Of a stretch of 50,646 bases of DNA, positions 27,928-40,473 are shown in pieces. The DNA lies in assembly GCA_045805065.1 (NCBI GenBank), contig JBJMMA010000152.1, forward strand, positions 1 to 50,646, in the 5' to 3' direction. Source of the DNA: Bdellovibrionia bacterium. GTDB taxonomy: Bacteria; Bdellovibrionota; UBA1018. The notes under the pieces are model-generated. The model ran no database searches and was not told the DNA's origin. It saw only the letters and a list, made by a program, of their open reading frames with translations. The position numbers were made by a program, and so were the translations under genes. The stretch's first letter is position 1. Every line of letters starts with the position of its first letter.

Positions 27928-30024
27928 TTAATACGCCTCATTGTCGGGATCGTCGGGCGCATTGGTGTTGGATCGGTAGCTGTGGAGGATGACGGTCATG
28001 AGATGTTGCTTTGGGAATTTGTCCCGTTTAATGATTTCACCCAGCTCAGTTTGATATCTCCATATGAGATTACGGATCAGGCGGGATCCCGGCGCGGAGA
28101 GCGCGATGACTCGTGCCCTGCTGACAGAAAAATCAAGGCCAAGATCCGGATTCTGGCCAAGTGAAAGCGACTGCGTCGAATAGGTGAGAGCAGCTCTTTG
28201 AGTTGATCGGCATACGGCGTCCCAATTGCGTGAGTGAGCTTCGGAGTGCGGAAGTGGGATGTATTTATTTCCGTCGAAATGGACGAATCCGTTCAAATTT
28301 ATTGAGTGAAGGACTTGTCGGATTAGAGGGGGTGAGCAAGCCGTGAGCTCGGCCAAGAGCTCTTCACTGTGATGTTCGAGCTGCTGATAGGCATCCAGAT
28401 ACAATGCCGAATAAATCAACATGGCGTCAGAGGCCTTGAACGTGGCTTGTGAGCGTGCGAGATAGAAATCGTTGGCTTCGCTGAGACTCGGGATTTTGCT
28501 GCAGTCGACTATCTCGGAGAGCCAGGTCAACATGAGCGCCATGCGATTGCTCATGAACTTTAGAACCTCTGCAAAGTCAGGAACGGCTTTTCCGCTCAGC
28601 CACCTTTCCATGGATTTGTGCATTTGTTTATTTAAGCTCGTTCCTGCAGCGAAATAATGACTTAAAATCCTGAGCGTGCTCAAGGGAGTGAGCTCAGGCT
28701 CCGGAGTGAGGTATCCGTGCCAAAATGAATTCTCAATGGAGATGCCGAGTGTCTTGCAAATGCGAAGAAAATCATCCCATTTAAGCTGCGTCGCGCCGCT
28801 TTCCCATTTTCCGACCTGGTTAAACGTAAAGCCGAGTTTGTCGCTGAGTTGCCGCTGGCTCAATTCGCCCCTCATGGCTTGGAGGATTTGCCGGGAGGTG
28901 GTCGCGAAATCGATTTTTACTTCGGGCTCTTGAGCAAATTCCATGAGACTGGGTGGTGCGCTTGTTCCGATCGTATTCGGGTGTGATTTCTCTTTGGCGG
29001 CAGGCTGGCCTGAGGACTTATGCGCGCTCGCGACTGGCAAGAATGCGTGAGAGAGAATGATTTGGACATTGGTTTTGGGATGAGCGTCTTTGCTGATGAT
29101 CTCTTCGGCCTCGTTGTGGAATCTCAAAACCCGTTTTGAGATTTCGAGGACAGCCTGGGTCGAAAGACAAGCAGTTCTCTCGGAGGCATAGGATATATTA
29201 TTGTTCAAGTTGGGCGGCCTGAGGTTGGGATTTGCCGTAAAGCGTCGAGCCGCATGCAGAGTGGCATGCTGGGTGACAGGTTTGTACTTTGGGTGGCTGA
29301 GCCATGAGATGTCCATCCCAATTGAGAGGGGATAAAATTTGCGACCATCGAATCGAATCAGCCCATTCGCAAGCAAGTGCTCGAGCGTGGTTCTGAGCTC
29401 AGAGCGGGTGCAAGCGGAGTGTTCTGCAAGCAAGGTTTCACCATGAAAGGAAAGCGATTGATAGGCCTCAAGTTGCAGAGCTGCGTAAACAAAAGCCGCG
29501 ACAGGACGCTCAAAAAGAGTATTGATAACGACAGGAAGTCTTTTATATGGGGCGGAAAGAGCTTGGAGCTTTTCGCAGTCAACAAACAGGGAGAGCCATC
29601 CTATTAATGCCGTAGGGACAGTCCCAATAAGCCTCAGCACTTCGGCCAAGTCTGGGGTGTACTTCCCGCATGCCCATTTTTTGAAGACCGTTTGAAAAGA
29701 GTCATCAGCGTGATGCCCTGTCGAAAAGGTGTCCTCCAATGCTTTGAGCGTTATCGCGACATTGAATTCGGAGCTAGGAGTCCAGAAACAGTCCCGGAAC
29801 GCCTTCTCAAGGGGCACTTCCTGGATCTGACAGAGGAGAATAAAGTCATCCCATTTGATTTGAGTCGCGCCGCTTTCCCATTTTCCGACTTGATTAAATG
29901 AGTAGCCGAGCTTGTCGCTGAGCTCACGTTGGCTTAAGTTTCGTCGCAGCTGCTGGATGATTTCACGCGCAAGCAACTGATAGTCGACTGTGAAATTAAG
30001 CTGAAAGTCAGTGACTCCGTTCAT
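27928..30024 (-). CDS. Tandem duplicated XRE-HTH + DUF4423-like regulator
   Basis: Two copies of LSQR.LSDKLG..FNQVGKWESGATQ.KWDDF, each followed by a ~280-aa domain with a winged helix. Confidence 0.75.
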   Translation of the reverse strand: MNGVTDFQLNFTVDYQLLAREIIQQLRRNLSQRELSDKLGYSFNQVGKWESGATQIKWDDFILLCQIQEVPLEKAFRDCFWTPSSEFNVAITLKALEDTFSTGHHADDSFQTVFKKWACGKYTPDLAEVLRLIGTVPTALIGWLSLFVDCEKLQALSAPYKRLPVVINTLFERPVAAFVYAALQLEAYQSLSFHGETLLAEHSACTRSELRTTLEHLLANGLIRFDGRKFYPLSIGMDISWLSHPKYKPVTQHATLHAARRFTANPNLRPPNLNNNISYASERTACLSTQAVLEISKRVLRFHNEAEEIISKDAHPKTNVQIILSHAFLPVASAHKSSGQPAAKEKSHPNTIGTSAPPSLMEFAQEPEVKIDFATTSRQILQAMRGELSQRQLSDKLGFTFNQVGKWESGATQLKWDDFLRICKTLGISIENSFWHGYLTPEPELTPLSTLRILSHYFAAGTSLNKQMHKSMERWLSGKAVPDFAEVLKFMSNRMALMLTWLSEIVDCSKIPSLSEANDFYLARSQATFKASDAMLIYSALYLDAYQQLEHHSEELLAELTACSPPLIRQVLHSINLNGFVHFDGNKYIPLPHSEAHSRNWDAVCRSTQRAALTYSTQSLSLGQNPDLGLDFSVSRARVIALSAPGSRLIRNLIWRYQTELGEIIKRDKFPKQHLMTVILHSYRSNTNAPDDPDNEAY

Positions 30025-30239
30025 ATGATCCGAGAGTGAAAACTAGTCTAAACATTCTGAGATGTCACGTTGCTCGTAAGAGCTTCGCGGGATGTTTCTA
30101 TTTCTATACATGTCATTCGAAAATGGGAAACAAAACTGCTGTCTGTTTCTCTCTCAGCGTTTATTTTAAGATTTATTAGCGTTTATAAATATTTTGGAAA
30201 CACCCGCTCATAGCGGAATTGGCACTTTATAGTATTGGA

Positions 30240-31838
30240 ATGGTCAAAGATGACGGAACTGACGCGGGTGGTTTTGGTTTAGTAGAAGTCCTTCTGGCTG
30301 TTGGAATCGGAAGCGTCGTGATGATGAGCATGACCCATTTGATGACTTCGATGACTCTCTCCGTGCGCGGGACGAGGACGGTGTCTTCTCGCGATCAGCT
30401 TTCCACGAGGATTGGCCGCGAGGCTGGTAATCCCATTTCTTTAAAAAGGAGCGTGGAGTTCGCAAGTAACGCGGGCTTTCCCGGATTTCCAGTCAATGGG
30501 CCTGGCAGTATGATGGATAAGTGTGCAAATGGGACAGTGCCCAACGGGTGCATAGCCAGGGACGCTACCACGCATAATCCCATTTCCTATGGCTTTACGC
30601 TGACTGATTCGTTTTCCACACCGATCGCAGGGCCGGATGCGACGACAGCAGCAGTCTACGATATCACCGGAGCGATGTGCGGAAACGCTTCAGTTTCTCC
30701 ACCTACAAAGAATTGTCCGATCATCGCGACAGCAAGCTTTACACCCATCTGCGCAAACAACCAGGATGCATGTGATCGGGCCGCGTCGATAGATGTGCAG
30801 TACAATTTAAGTCAAGCTGGCAACGTGCCATTGTTAAATGGGGGGCCCGTTCTCAAACCTATGGCTGCCAATGTAAGCACTTCAATCCCGTTTGCTGGTG
30901 GGATGAATGGGATTGTCAACATGCTGGCAAAATGGGTGTCGAATACGGAGCTGGCTTCCAGTTCAGTCTATGAATCCTCAACAGGACTTGTAGGTATCGG
31001 GACAACAAGTCCAGTGGGGACTCTGGAAGTGCAAGGCGGGACAGCAACGGCCAATACAAATGGCAAAGACATCATTCTGCAGGCAGAAAACGCTGGCTCC
31101 GGAAATCAGAAGGGTGGCAGCATTTATTTGAAGGCGGGAGCGGGTTCAGGAACGGGTAACAGCGGTACCGTTGTGGTTGGAAACGCTGCCGTGCCGAGCT
31201 ATATCACGCCAGACAGTCTCTACGTTACGCAAGCTCTCTTTACCTCGTCCGTCTTCCTGTCTGAAAGTAAGAATGGTTTCGCGGACTACGGCTTTGGAGA
31301 TGACTCGACTCGGATCACGGGATCAGTTCCGGCTGGCTGGGTTGCGGTTTTTACCAGCTCTTTGGAAAGAATGCGTGTCGCGGCAGATGGAACTATCACT
31401 CTTGGAACAGCCGCAAACCCCATCCCAAAATTTCAGGTTGGAACAAATGGCGATGGTTCTGTTGCAATTGCCAATGCTTGGAATACGTTCTCCGACATTC
31501 GCTTGAAAAAAGATCTGGAAAGGATCCCGAACGCTTGCGAATTAGTGGATCGACTCAATGGGTATTACTACCATTGGAGGGACAAGAGAGACTCTTCGCG
31601 CAAAATCGGCGTCATTGCACAGGAGGTTGAGAAAGTTCTCCCGGAGCTTGTCAATACCGGAAGCGACGGACTCAAAACTGTTGATTATCCCAAACTGAGT
31701 GCTGTCTTGATCGAAGCGTCCAAGAAGCTTCATCGTGACTTAGCTTCTAGGAAAGAAGAGATCGACGCTCTTCATCAACAAAACACTGAAATCATGGCCC
31801 GACTTTCGAAACTTGAAAAAAAGCTCAACGACAATTAG
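30240..31838 (+). CDS. Prepilin-like N-terminus fused to a fibre and peptidase S74 intramolecular chaperone domain
   Basis: [26 protein letters not shown] repeat; [31 protein letters not shown]-terminal coiled coil. Confidence 0.82.
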   Translation: MVKDDGTDAGGFGLVEVLLAVGIGSVVMMSMTHLMTSMTLSVRGTRTVSSRDQLSTRIGREAGNPISLKRSVEFASNAGFPGFPVNGPGSMMDKCANGTVPNGCIARDATTHNPISYGFTLTDSFSTPIAGPDATTAAVYDITGAMCGNASVSPPTKNCPIIATASFTPICANNQDACDRAASIDVQYNLSQAGNVPLLNGGPVLKPMAANVSTSIPFAGGMNGIVNMLAKWVSNTELASSSVYESSTGLVGIGTTSPVGTLEVQGGTATANTNGKDIILQAENAGSGNQKGGSIYLKAGAGSGTGNSGTVVVGNAAVPSYITPDSLYVTQALFTSSVFLSESKNGFADYGFGDDSTRITGSVPAGWVAVFTSSLERMRVAADGTITLGTAANPIPKFQVGTNGDGSVAIANAWNTFSDIRLKKDLERIPNACELVDRLNGYYYHWRDKRDSSRKIGVIAQEVEKVLPELVNTGSDGLKTVDYPKLSAVLIEASKKLHRDLASRKEEIDALHQQNTEIMARLSKLEKKLNDN

Positions 31839-34104
31839 AGAGCTTTTTCCAGTTTATCCATCCTAGCGTTCATGTCGGCACTTTCAGCTTTCAAAGTTTG
31901 AATCGCCTTGGCTTGGCGTTCGTCGTCGCCAAATAGCCGCGTGACCTGCTCATTCAAGTTCTTTATGGCTTCAATGACTGGGGCGATCAAGTGATCATAA
32001 GCGATAGCCTTGAGTCCGGTGTCCGAATCAGTGACAACGGCTTCCGGATAGATCGTTTCAACGTCTTGGGCGATCAAACCGATTTGATGCCTCTCGCTGA
32101 ACCACTGCTTGTCCTTCCAATCATATTGGACGCCTTGAAGCTGAAGGATTTTCTCAAGAGGATTTTCCAGAGAGGAGATGTTCTCTTTGAGTCTTCGGTC
32201 AGACGAGGCTGTGCAGCCTGAGCTGGTGCAAATCGAGGTTCCCGCGATCTTGAACGCGTTTCCAGTGGAGATATTCAGATCGCCGTTGACGGCGAGCTTG
32301 TAGGCGGATCCCGTGACGCCGATCCCAAGACTTCCGGAAAGGTAGCTCTGCGCGGTAGCGCTCGAATAAATGGAGTAGTTGTTGGTGGACGCGGAGATTC
32401 CAGCAATTTCGGTCCCCTTATTCGTGCCACTCCCAAGACCGGTGATGCCGTCGAGTGTGATTCCTACGTAGCTGGTCATCGTGTAGCTATTAGCAGTTGG
32501 ACTTTTGATGGAAATGCCCGTAGCGGTCGTGACGTTTCCTCCTAAGCTAGGTGAGATTTGGAGATCGCCTCGGGTTGTCCCGGCGGGTAATCCACCGTTC
32601 AAGTAGAGAGAAGGGGGGGTCGAATCGGTTTGAGTATCGGTGAGCGTGATTCCTCCTCCGACAACGTCAAGTTTATATATCGAAGGGGTTGTCGTGCCGA
32701 TGCCAACTTTGCCAGTGGTGTAATACGCGGTTGTGCCGCTGATGGTCCATTGGCTTGTTCCGGTCGCGCCTGTGGCGCCGGCCGGACCTGTTGCGCCCGT
32801 GGCACCGGTAATCGTAGCGCCCGTAGCGCCTGTCGCACCCGTATTACCCGTGGGGCCTATGGCGCCTGCAGAGCCTGTCTGTCCTACAGAGCCATTCGCG
32901 CCCGTCGCCCCTGTGGCACCTGTAGGTCCCACAGAACCATTTGCTCCCGTCGCACCCGTGGATCCAGTAGAACCCGTTGCGCCTGTGGATCCGGTAGAGC
33001 CCACAGGTCCATTCGCTCCTGTCGCACCCGCAGCGCCTGTTGAGCCTGCAGCGCCAGTCGCGCCCGCAGAACCATTTGCTCCTGTCGCGCCAATGGCGCC
33101 ATTTGCACCCGCTGTACCCGTGATGCCTGCTGGACCTGTATTGCCATTGGCTCCTCCAGGTCCAATTGATCCTGTGGGGCCTGCAGCGCCAGTGCTACCG
33201 TTCAATCCTGTGCTGCCTGTAGCACCCACAATTCCCATGGCGCCTGCTGTGCCGATAGGTCCAATTGCGCCAGTCGGGCCATTGCTCCCTGTAGCGCCTG
33301 TATTTCCTGTTGCGCCGCCAGCTCCTGTCGCGCCAGTCGGGCCTTGAGTACCGGCTGCGCCCGTTGCACCCGCTGCGCCACTGGGACCGATAGGTCCTGC
33401 GGGTCCTGTAGCGCCGGCAGCGCCGGTGGTACCCGTTGGACCTATCAAACCACTTGGGAGTCCAATCCAGTTGCCGTTTGAATCAATGACTTCCGCGCCA
33501 TTCACTTTCAAGCCATTACCTGTTGGAATGACGGCATCAGAGCCTGAAAGTCGAATAAAATTTCCAAGTGGGATGCCTTGAAAGGTTTCGGCTGACCACG
33601 ACTGTGGCGCGGCGTCGATGATCTCGTCGGGAGAGAGAGTGACTTGCGTGCCCGTGGAGCTTGGAGTGATCCTGACTTCCAAGACGCGAACATCGCGAGC
33701 TGCGGGAGTATAACCGTTTGTACAGTGGGTGCCGGCAGCCCTGATTTGGGATCCATCGTTTCTAAAAACGTTGGCCATTCTCAAGCCTGGGTCGTTTCCC
33801 GTGCGCTTCGCGGAACCGGTGACCGATCCCACAGAGATGGAATAAATACCCTGAGTAGAGGCTGTGCTGACAGTCTGGGTCTCTTCGTATAGAAGACAGA
33901 TTTTGCCGGGGTCGTAGATGGATAGAATGAAAACAACGCTAGGATCAAGAAGCGGCAAGTTGGTGTTATCAAGCAGCTGTCCCTGGTAAGTAAAATCTTG
34001 AGCGTTCTCTGCATAGCCAAAGGCAGATGCAGGATGCAGAACCAGCAAGGCAGCCGCTGCCAACGAAGCTGCTGTGATTGAGGATGTTCGGATAAGATAT
34101 GTTT

Positions 34105-34108
<4 letters not shown>
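31835..34108 (-). CDS. Secreted collagen-like trimeric fibre with S74 chaperone (MAT-like adhesin)
   Basis: Signal peptide, FTYQGQL...IYDP..CLLYEE N-domain, G-X-Y tract, [27 protein letters not shown]. Confidence 0.88.
32753..33451 (-). repeat. Collagen tract: 71+6 Gly-X-Y triplets with one 2-aa interruption
   Basis: Counted from translation GLI...GAT-IT-GAT...GTS; 699 nt. Confidence 0.9.
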
Positions 34109-36420
<2,312 letters not shown>

Positions 36421-36671
36421 ACATACGTACAGCTAAAGCCGATTTGCTGAGGTCTAAGTTTGACGGACTTCATCGACTTGTTGTTTTCTAGTGTTCGGCG
36501 TTTTTGAGGAAAAGTGTAGGTGTCACGTCGTACACAATGACCGTGTTCCTTTGGTTGATCGCTATCGTGTGAATCTGCTTGAGTGCGGGAAAAAGTGCTT
36601 AAAAATAAGTGTTTTGTTTCAAATTGTATTAAGCGCTCATGTTGAAATCGGGCTGGTAAAGTTGGCCAGTC

Positions 36672-36770
36672 GTTTCTATCTTTTCAAGCAGTGTGTAAAA
36701 AATAGCTACACCCCTGCGACACATGTAGATGCCGAAAAAAATTCGATATCCTAGGTGAATAAGCATCTTA
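36672..36770 (+). promoter_or_regulatory. Duplicated upstream region, copy 1 (core AGTGTGTAAAAAATAGCTACA)
   Basis: Ungapped match to 38642..38740; 21-bp identical core with a TGTA-N9-TACA dyad. Confidence 0.7.
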
Positions 36771-36810
36771 AGATCCAGCTCTCAATGAGGAACGTTTAAA
36801 AGGAGAAGAT

Positions 36811-38559
36811 ATGAGAATTCACTCTCTATTGATAGGCATCGCGCTATTGGGAATTCAGCCGGCTTTTGCCGATATATGCAGCAAAGTAAGCGAAAACCAA
36901 GCCGCTCAACTCACTTGTCCATCAGGACAGACCATGTCCAGTATCAGTTTTGCGAGTTACGGAACTCCATCCGGCTCGTGTGGTAGCTATGCCGTGAGCA
37001 GCTGTAACTCGAGCAGCTCCAAAAGCGTTGTGCAATCGGCGTGCGTTGGCAAAGCTTCCTGCCAAGTCAGTGCTTCAAACAGTATCTTTGGTGATCCTTG
37101 CAGTGGCGTAGGTAAAACACTTGCTGTTCAAGCCGTATGTTCAGCTCCTTCAACCTCGAGTGCTTGCGGCAGTGCGGCCGAAAATCAAGCAGTGCAAGTG
37201 TCTTGTCCTTCAGGACAGGTTATTTCGAGTATCAGCTTTGCGAGTTACGGAACTCCGACCGGTTCGTGCGGCAGCTTCGCTGTGAGCAGCTGTAATGCAA
37301 GTACTTCCAAGAGCGTCGTGCAATCGGCGTGCGTTGGTAAAGCTTCCTGCCAAGTCAGTGCTTCAAACAGTGTCTTTGGCGATCCTTGCAGTGGCATAGC
37401 TAAAAAACTTGCTGTCCAGGTGGCCTGTTCAGCATCTGCTAGTCCGAGCCCGTCGCCATCGCCTAGCTCTGCTCCAAAACCTAGCCCGTCGCCGTCACCA
37501 AGTCCGTCTCCAGCACCGACGGCATCCACGAGCGCTCGCGATCCGCTCAAGCAGCCTTTCGCAAGCAATAGCATCTGGAACATGCCGATCGGCAGCGGCG
37601 CTGTTTTTGCGCCTGCAAACCTTTCCGCTACGCCAGGCAACAATATCTGGGCTCCAATGCCAGGCGCGGACGATGAGTTCATCTTTATGACTCCTACGGC
37701 GCCTTTGACAGACGTGAACTATAGCAGCGCTGGCTGGTCAGGAGCCAATCGTTGCGGTGCAACGGGTGGCTTATACGGAAGCGTACCGATGCCTTCCAAC
37801 TACATCGTTCCCAATGGGAATGGGAACAATGGCACGGCTGCTCTGTTGCCGGATAAACGCACCATTGTCCAGTTCCAGCCTCTGGCGCGTTGTACGTCCG
37901 GAGGACCTGCGACGACTTACACGAGATTCCTCAACGTCGATCTCTATGGGGATGGCCTGCGGGGGATGCACGGAGGATCCGGGCTGTCTTCGATCGGTGG
38001 ATCGATTCGCGTCGGAGAATTGCGTCCAGGCCAGCAAGGCATGCGACACGCTTTGAAGATCAACGTCTACGCTACAGAAGCTCTGTATCGCTGCACGAGC
38101 TCTTCAAACTGCTATCGTTGGCCTGCGGTCACGGGCGATTCCTATGCCGTGGGTTACTATGGAGCTGCGAGTAACAACCAGAACACCCAAATGAAGATGG
38201 GAGCCCTGCTTGCCATCCCACCTTCGGTCAATCTGAGCAGTCTGGGTCTAGAAACCGATCCAGGCCGTCAGATCGCTTGGACACTCCAAAACTACGGCGG
38301 CTACATCGTGGATGACACGTATGCGGCAGGCTTCTTCTTCAGTACCGAAGCGGGCCCTGCAGGAAGAAAAGTCGACGAGTTCCAAAATGACTACGGCTAT
38401 GCCTTCCTGCAGAGGGTGACCAGCGCCTCGACCTCACCTTGGTTGCGTGACATTCAAAGAATCGTCAAGGCTCTCCAAGTCGTGAGCAACAACAGCGCAA
38501 CGAGCATTGGCGGTGGTGGAACTCCACGCCAGCCTCTGGCTCCTGCTATTGCTCCGTAA
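36811..38559 (+). CDS. Secreted protein: two SUEL/Gal-lectin domains, SP linker, uncharacterised C-terminal domain
   Basis: AGGAG RBS, signal peptide, two ISFASYGTP.GSCG...CVGK.SC...FGDPC.G..K.LAVQ..C repeats, (SP)n linker, PFASNSIWNMPIG domain. Confidence 0.85.
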   Translation: MRIHSLLIGIALLGIQPAFADICSKVSENQAAQLTCPSGQTMSSISFASYGTPSGSCGSYAVSSCNSSSSKSVVQSACVGKASCQVSASNSIFGDPCSGVGKTLAVQAVCSAPSTSSACGSAAENQAVQVSCPSGQVISSISFASYGTPTGSCGSFAVSSCNASTSKSVVQSACVGKASCQVSASNSVFGDPCSGIAKKLAVQVACSASASPSPSPSPSSAPKPSPSPSPSPSPAPTASTSARDPLKQPFASNSIWNMPIGSGAVFAPANLSATPGNNIWAPMPGADDEFIFMTPTAPLTDVNYSSAGWSGANRCGATGGLYGSVPMPSNYIVPNGNGNNGTAALLPDKRTIVQFQPLARCTSGGPATTYTRFLNVDLYGDGLRGMHGGSGLSSIGGSIRVGELRPGQQGMRHALKINVYATEALYRCTSSSNCYRWPAVTGDSYAVGYYGAASNNQNTQMKMGALLAIPPSVNLSSLGLETDPGRQIAWTLQNYGGYIVDDTYAAGFFFSTEAGPAGRKVDEFQNDYGYAFLQRVTSASTSPWLRDIQRIVKALQVVSNNSATSIGGGGTPRQPLAPAIAP

Positions 38560-38599
38560 TGAGGCTGTAATTCATCGAACCCCTTCGATGATTCGCAAC

Positions 38600-38637
38600 A
38601 GGGCATGATTGGGAAACCGATCATGCCCTTTGTTTTT
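38600..38637 (+). terminator. Intrinsic terminator
   Basis: AGGGCATGATTGG-GAAA-CCGATCATGCCCT then TTGTTTTT. Confidence 0.85.
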
Positions 38638-38641
38638 GCTT

Positions 38642-38740
38642 GTTTCTATATTTGCAATGAGTGTGTAAAAAATAGCTACATTCAGCTGACACATTCAAAT
38701 GTCAAAATATCTTCGTTACCCTAAATGTATAGGGATCTCG
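38642..38740 (+). promoter_or_regulatory. Duplicated upstream region, copy 2
   Basis: Ungapped match to 36672..36770. Confidence 0.7.
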
Positions 38741-38796
38741 ACGTTCATTTCACGAAAAACATCAGAACGGACAGTTCTGGGTATTTGGGGGTACAC

Positions 38797-40464
38797 ATGG
38801 TGTGCAGACAATTCAGGGTAAATTTTAAAGTCACTGGGGTTGCGGGAGTCGCTCTCATGAGCGGATTTGCCGCACTAACCGCGCAAGGGGCCGTGACCTC
38901 GGGGCAGACTTACAAAATCGTCTCAGCTTGCAGCGCTTCCGGACAAGTCATGGCCGTTGCCAACGACAGTCTGGCGGATAACGCTTTGATTGTCCTTGCG
39001 GCAAGGAACGACACGAAATCCTCCCAGGTCTTTAAATTCGACTCCTATGGAGCCGGCTATAAAGTCACCGCGGCGAATAGTGGAAAGGCGCTCAATATCG
39101 CCAATGCGTCCACTGCGCTTCATGCTGCGCTTGAGCAGTATAAATTCACCGGCGTGAGCAGCGAAATCTTCGCGATCGAAGCAACCTCGGATGGTTATTC
39201 TCGCCTGAAAAGCGTCAACAGTGGTCTTTATGTCAACCTCGTCAAAGCGGTGACCACGAACGGAACTCTATTTGAGCAGTACAGTGATTCGACAGCATGT
39301 GCGGAGAAGTTCAAGCTTGTTGCCTTCAATATGCCTGCACCGAGCCCGTCTCCATCGGCTAGCCCATCACCGAAGCCAAGTCCTTCACCGTCTCCATCAC
39401 CTTCGCCGAGCCCAAGTCCATCATCGACCGTGGCAGCTCGCGATCCGCTCAAGCAGCCTTTCGCAAGCAATAGCATCTGGAACATGCCGATCGGCAGCGG
39501 CGCTGTCTATGTGCCATCCAATCTTGCCCAGAACTCAAATCCTTCGAATAATATCTGGGCTCCGTTTCCGGGCATGGACGAAGACCTCATCGTTCTGACT
39601 CCGACGGCTCCAATGACTCAGGTCTACTACAGCAGTGCTGGCTGGAGCGGAGCCAATCGCTGCACGCCTACGGGAAGCCTGAAGACTTCCGTGCCGATGC
39701 CGAGCAACTACATCGTCCCGAATGGAAACGGAAACGTCTCATCGGCCTTCTTGATGCCAGACAAGCGCTCGATCGTTCAGATGCAACCCGTTGCTCGCTG
39801 CACGTCTGGCGGCTACGCTACAAGCTATGCTTTCTGGAGTGCCGTGGATCTCTACGGCGATGGCCGTGCGGGCGCTCATGGTGGCTCAGGACTCTCGGCC
39901 ATCGGCGGAACGATTCGTGTGGGTGAACTGAGACCTGGTCAACAGGGACCAAGACATGCCTTGAAAGTGGCGGTCTATGCTAAATCCGTTCTGTATAACT
40001 GTAAGACCTCGAGCGATTGCTACCGCTGGCCTGCCTATCATGGGGACGGCTATGCAGTAGGCTTTTACGGGTCAAATAATGGCAACTCCAACTATGCCAT
40101 GAGAATGGGAGCCTTGCTGGCGATTCCTGCCTCGGTGAATCTCTCTACGCTTGGCCTGGAGACTGAACCAGCACGTCAACTGGCCTGGACGCTGCAGAAC
40201 TACGGTGCCTATATCGACGACGATATGTACGGCTCTCCTGGAATTCTGTTTGATACCGAAGTGGGTCCGGCCGGAAGAAAAGTCGATGAGTTCCAAAAGG
40301 ACTACGGCTTTGCCTTCTTGCAGAGGGTTAATGCTCCGAACGCCTGGCTGCGTGACATTCAAAGACTCATGAAGGTCTTGTCTGTCGTCGATAACAACAG
40401 TCCAACGAGCATTGGCGGTGGCGGAACTCCACGTCAGCCTCTGGCTCCTGCTATTGCTCCGTAA
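38797..40464 (+). CDS. Secreted protein: ricin-B (beta-trefoil) lectin, SP linker, same C-terminal domain as 36811..38559
   Basis: YKIVS..SG, SQVFKF, NSGKALNI, LEQY, NSGLYV (ricin repeats); C-domain paralogous and ending GGGGTPRQPLAPAIAP; GGGG RBS before ATG 38797. Confidence 0.82.
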   Translation: MVCRQFRVNFKVTGVAGVALMSGFAALTAQGAVTSGQTYKIVSACSASGQVMAVANDSLADNALIVLAARNDTKSSQVFKFDSYGAGYKVTAANSGKALNIANASTALHAALEQYKFTGVSSEIFAIEATSDGYSRLKSVNSGLYVNLVKAVTTNGTLFEQYSDSTACAEKFKLVAFNMPAPSPSPSASPSPKPSPSPSPSPSPSPSPSSTVAARDPLKQPFASNSIWNMPIGSGAVYVPSNLAQNSNPSNNIWAPFPGMDEDLIVLTPTAPMTQVYYSSAGWSGANRCTPTGSLKTSVPMPSNYIVPNGNGNVSSAFLMPDKRSIVQMQPVARCTSGGYATSYAFWSAVDLYGDGRAGAHGGSGLSAIGGTIRVGELRPGQQGPRHALKVAVYAKSVLYNCKTSSDCYRWPAYHGDGYAVGFYGSNNGNSNYAMRMGALLAIPASVNLSTLGLETEPARQLAWTLQNYGAYIDDDMYGSPGILFDTEVGPAGRKVDEFQKDYGFAFLQRVNAPNAWLRDIQRLMKVLSVVDNNSPTSIGGGGTPRQPLAPAIAP

Positions 40465-40473
40465 TGGCTTGAG

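Noticed and set aside
32733..33347. Long + strand PVAPVA ORF
   Set aside because: Antisense shadow of the collagen tract; repetitive codons lack stops.
38600..38637. c-di-GMP riboswitch suggested by the GAAA tetraloop
   Set aside because: A single hairpin plus U-tract fits an intrinsic terminator; the two-stem GEMM architecture is absent.
36811..40464. Diversity-generating retroelement (template/variable repeat) between paralogs
   Set aside because: No reverse transcriptase in the window, and the mismatches are not adenine-specific.
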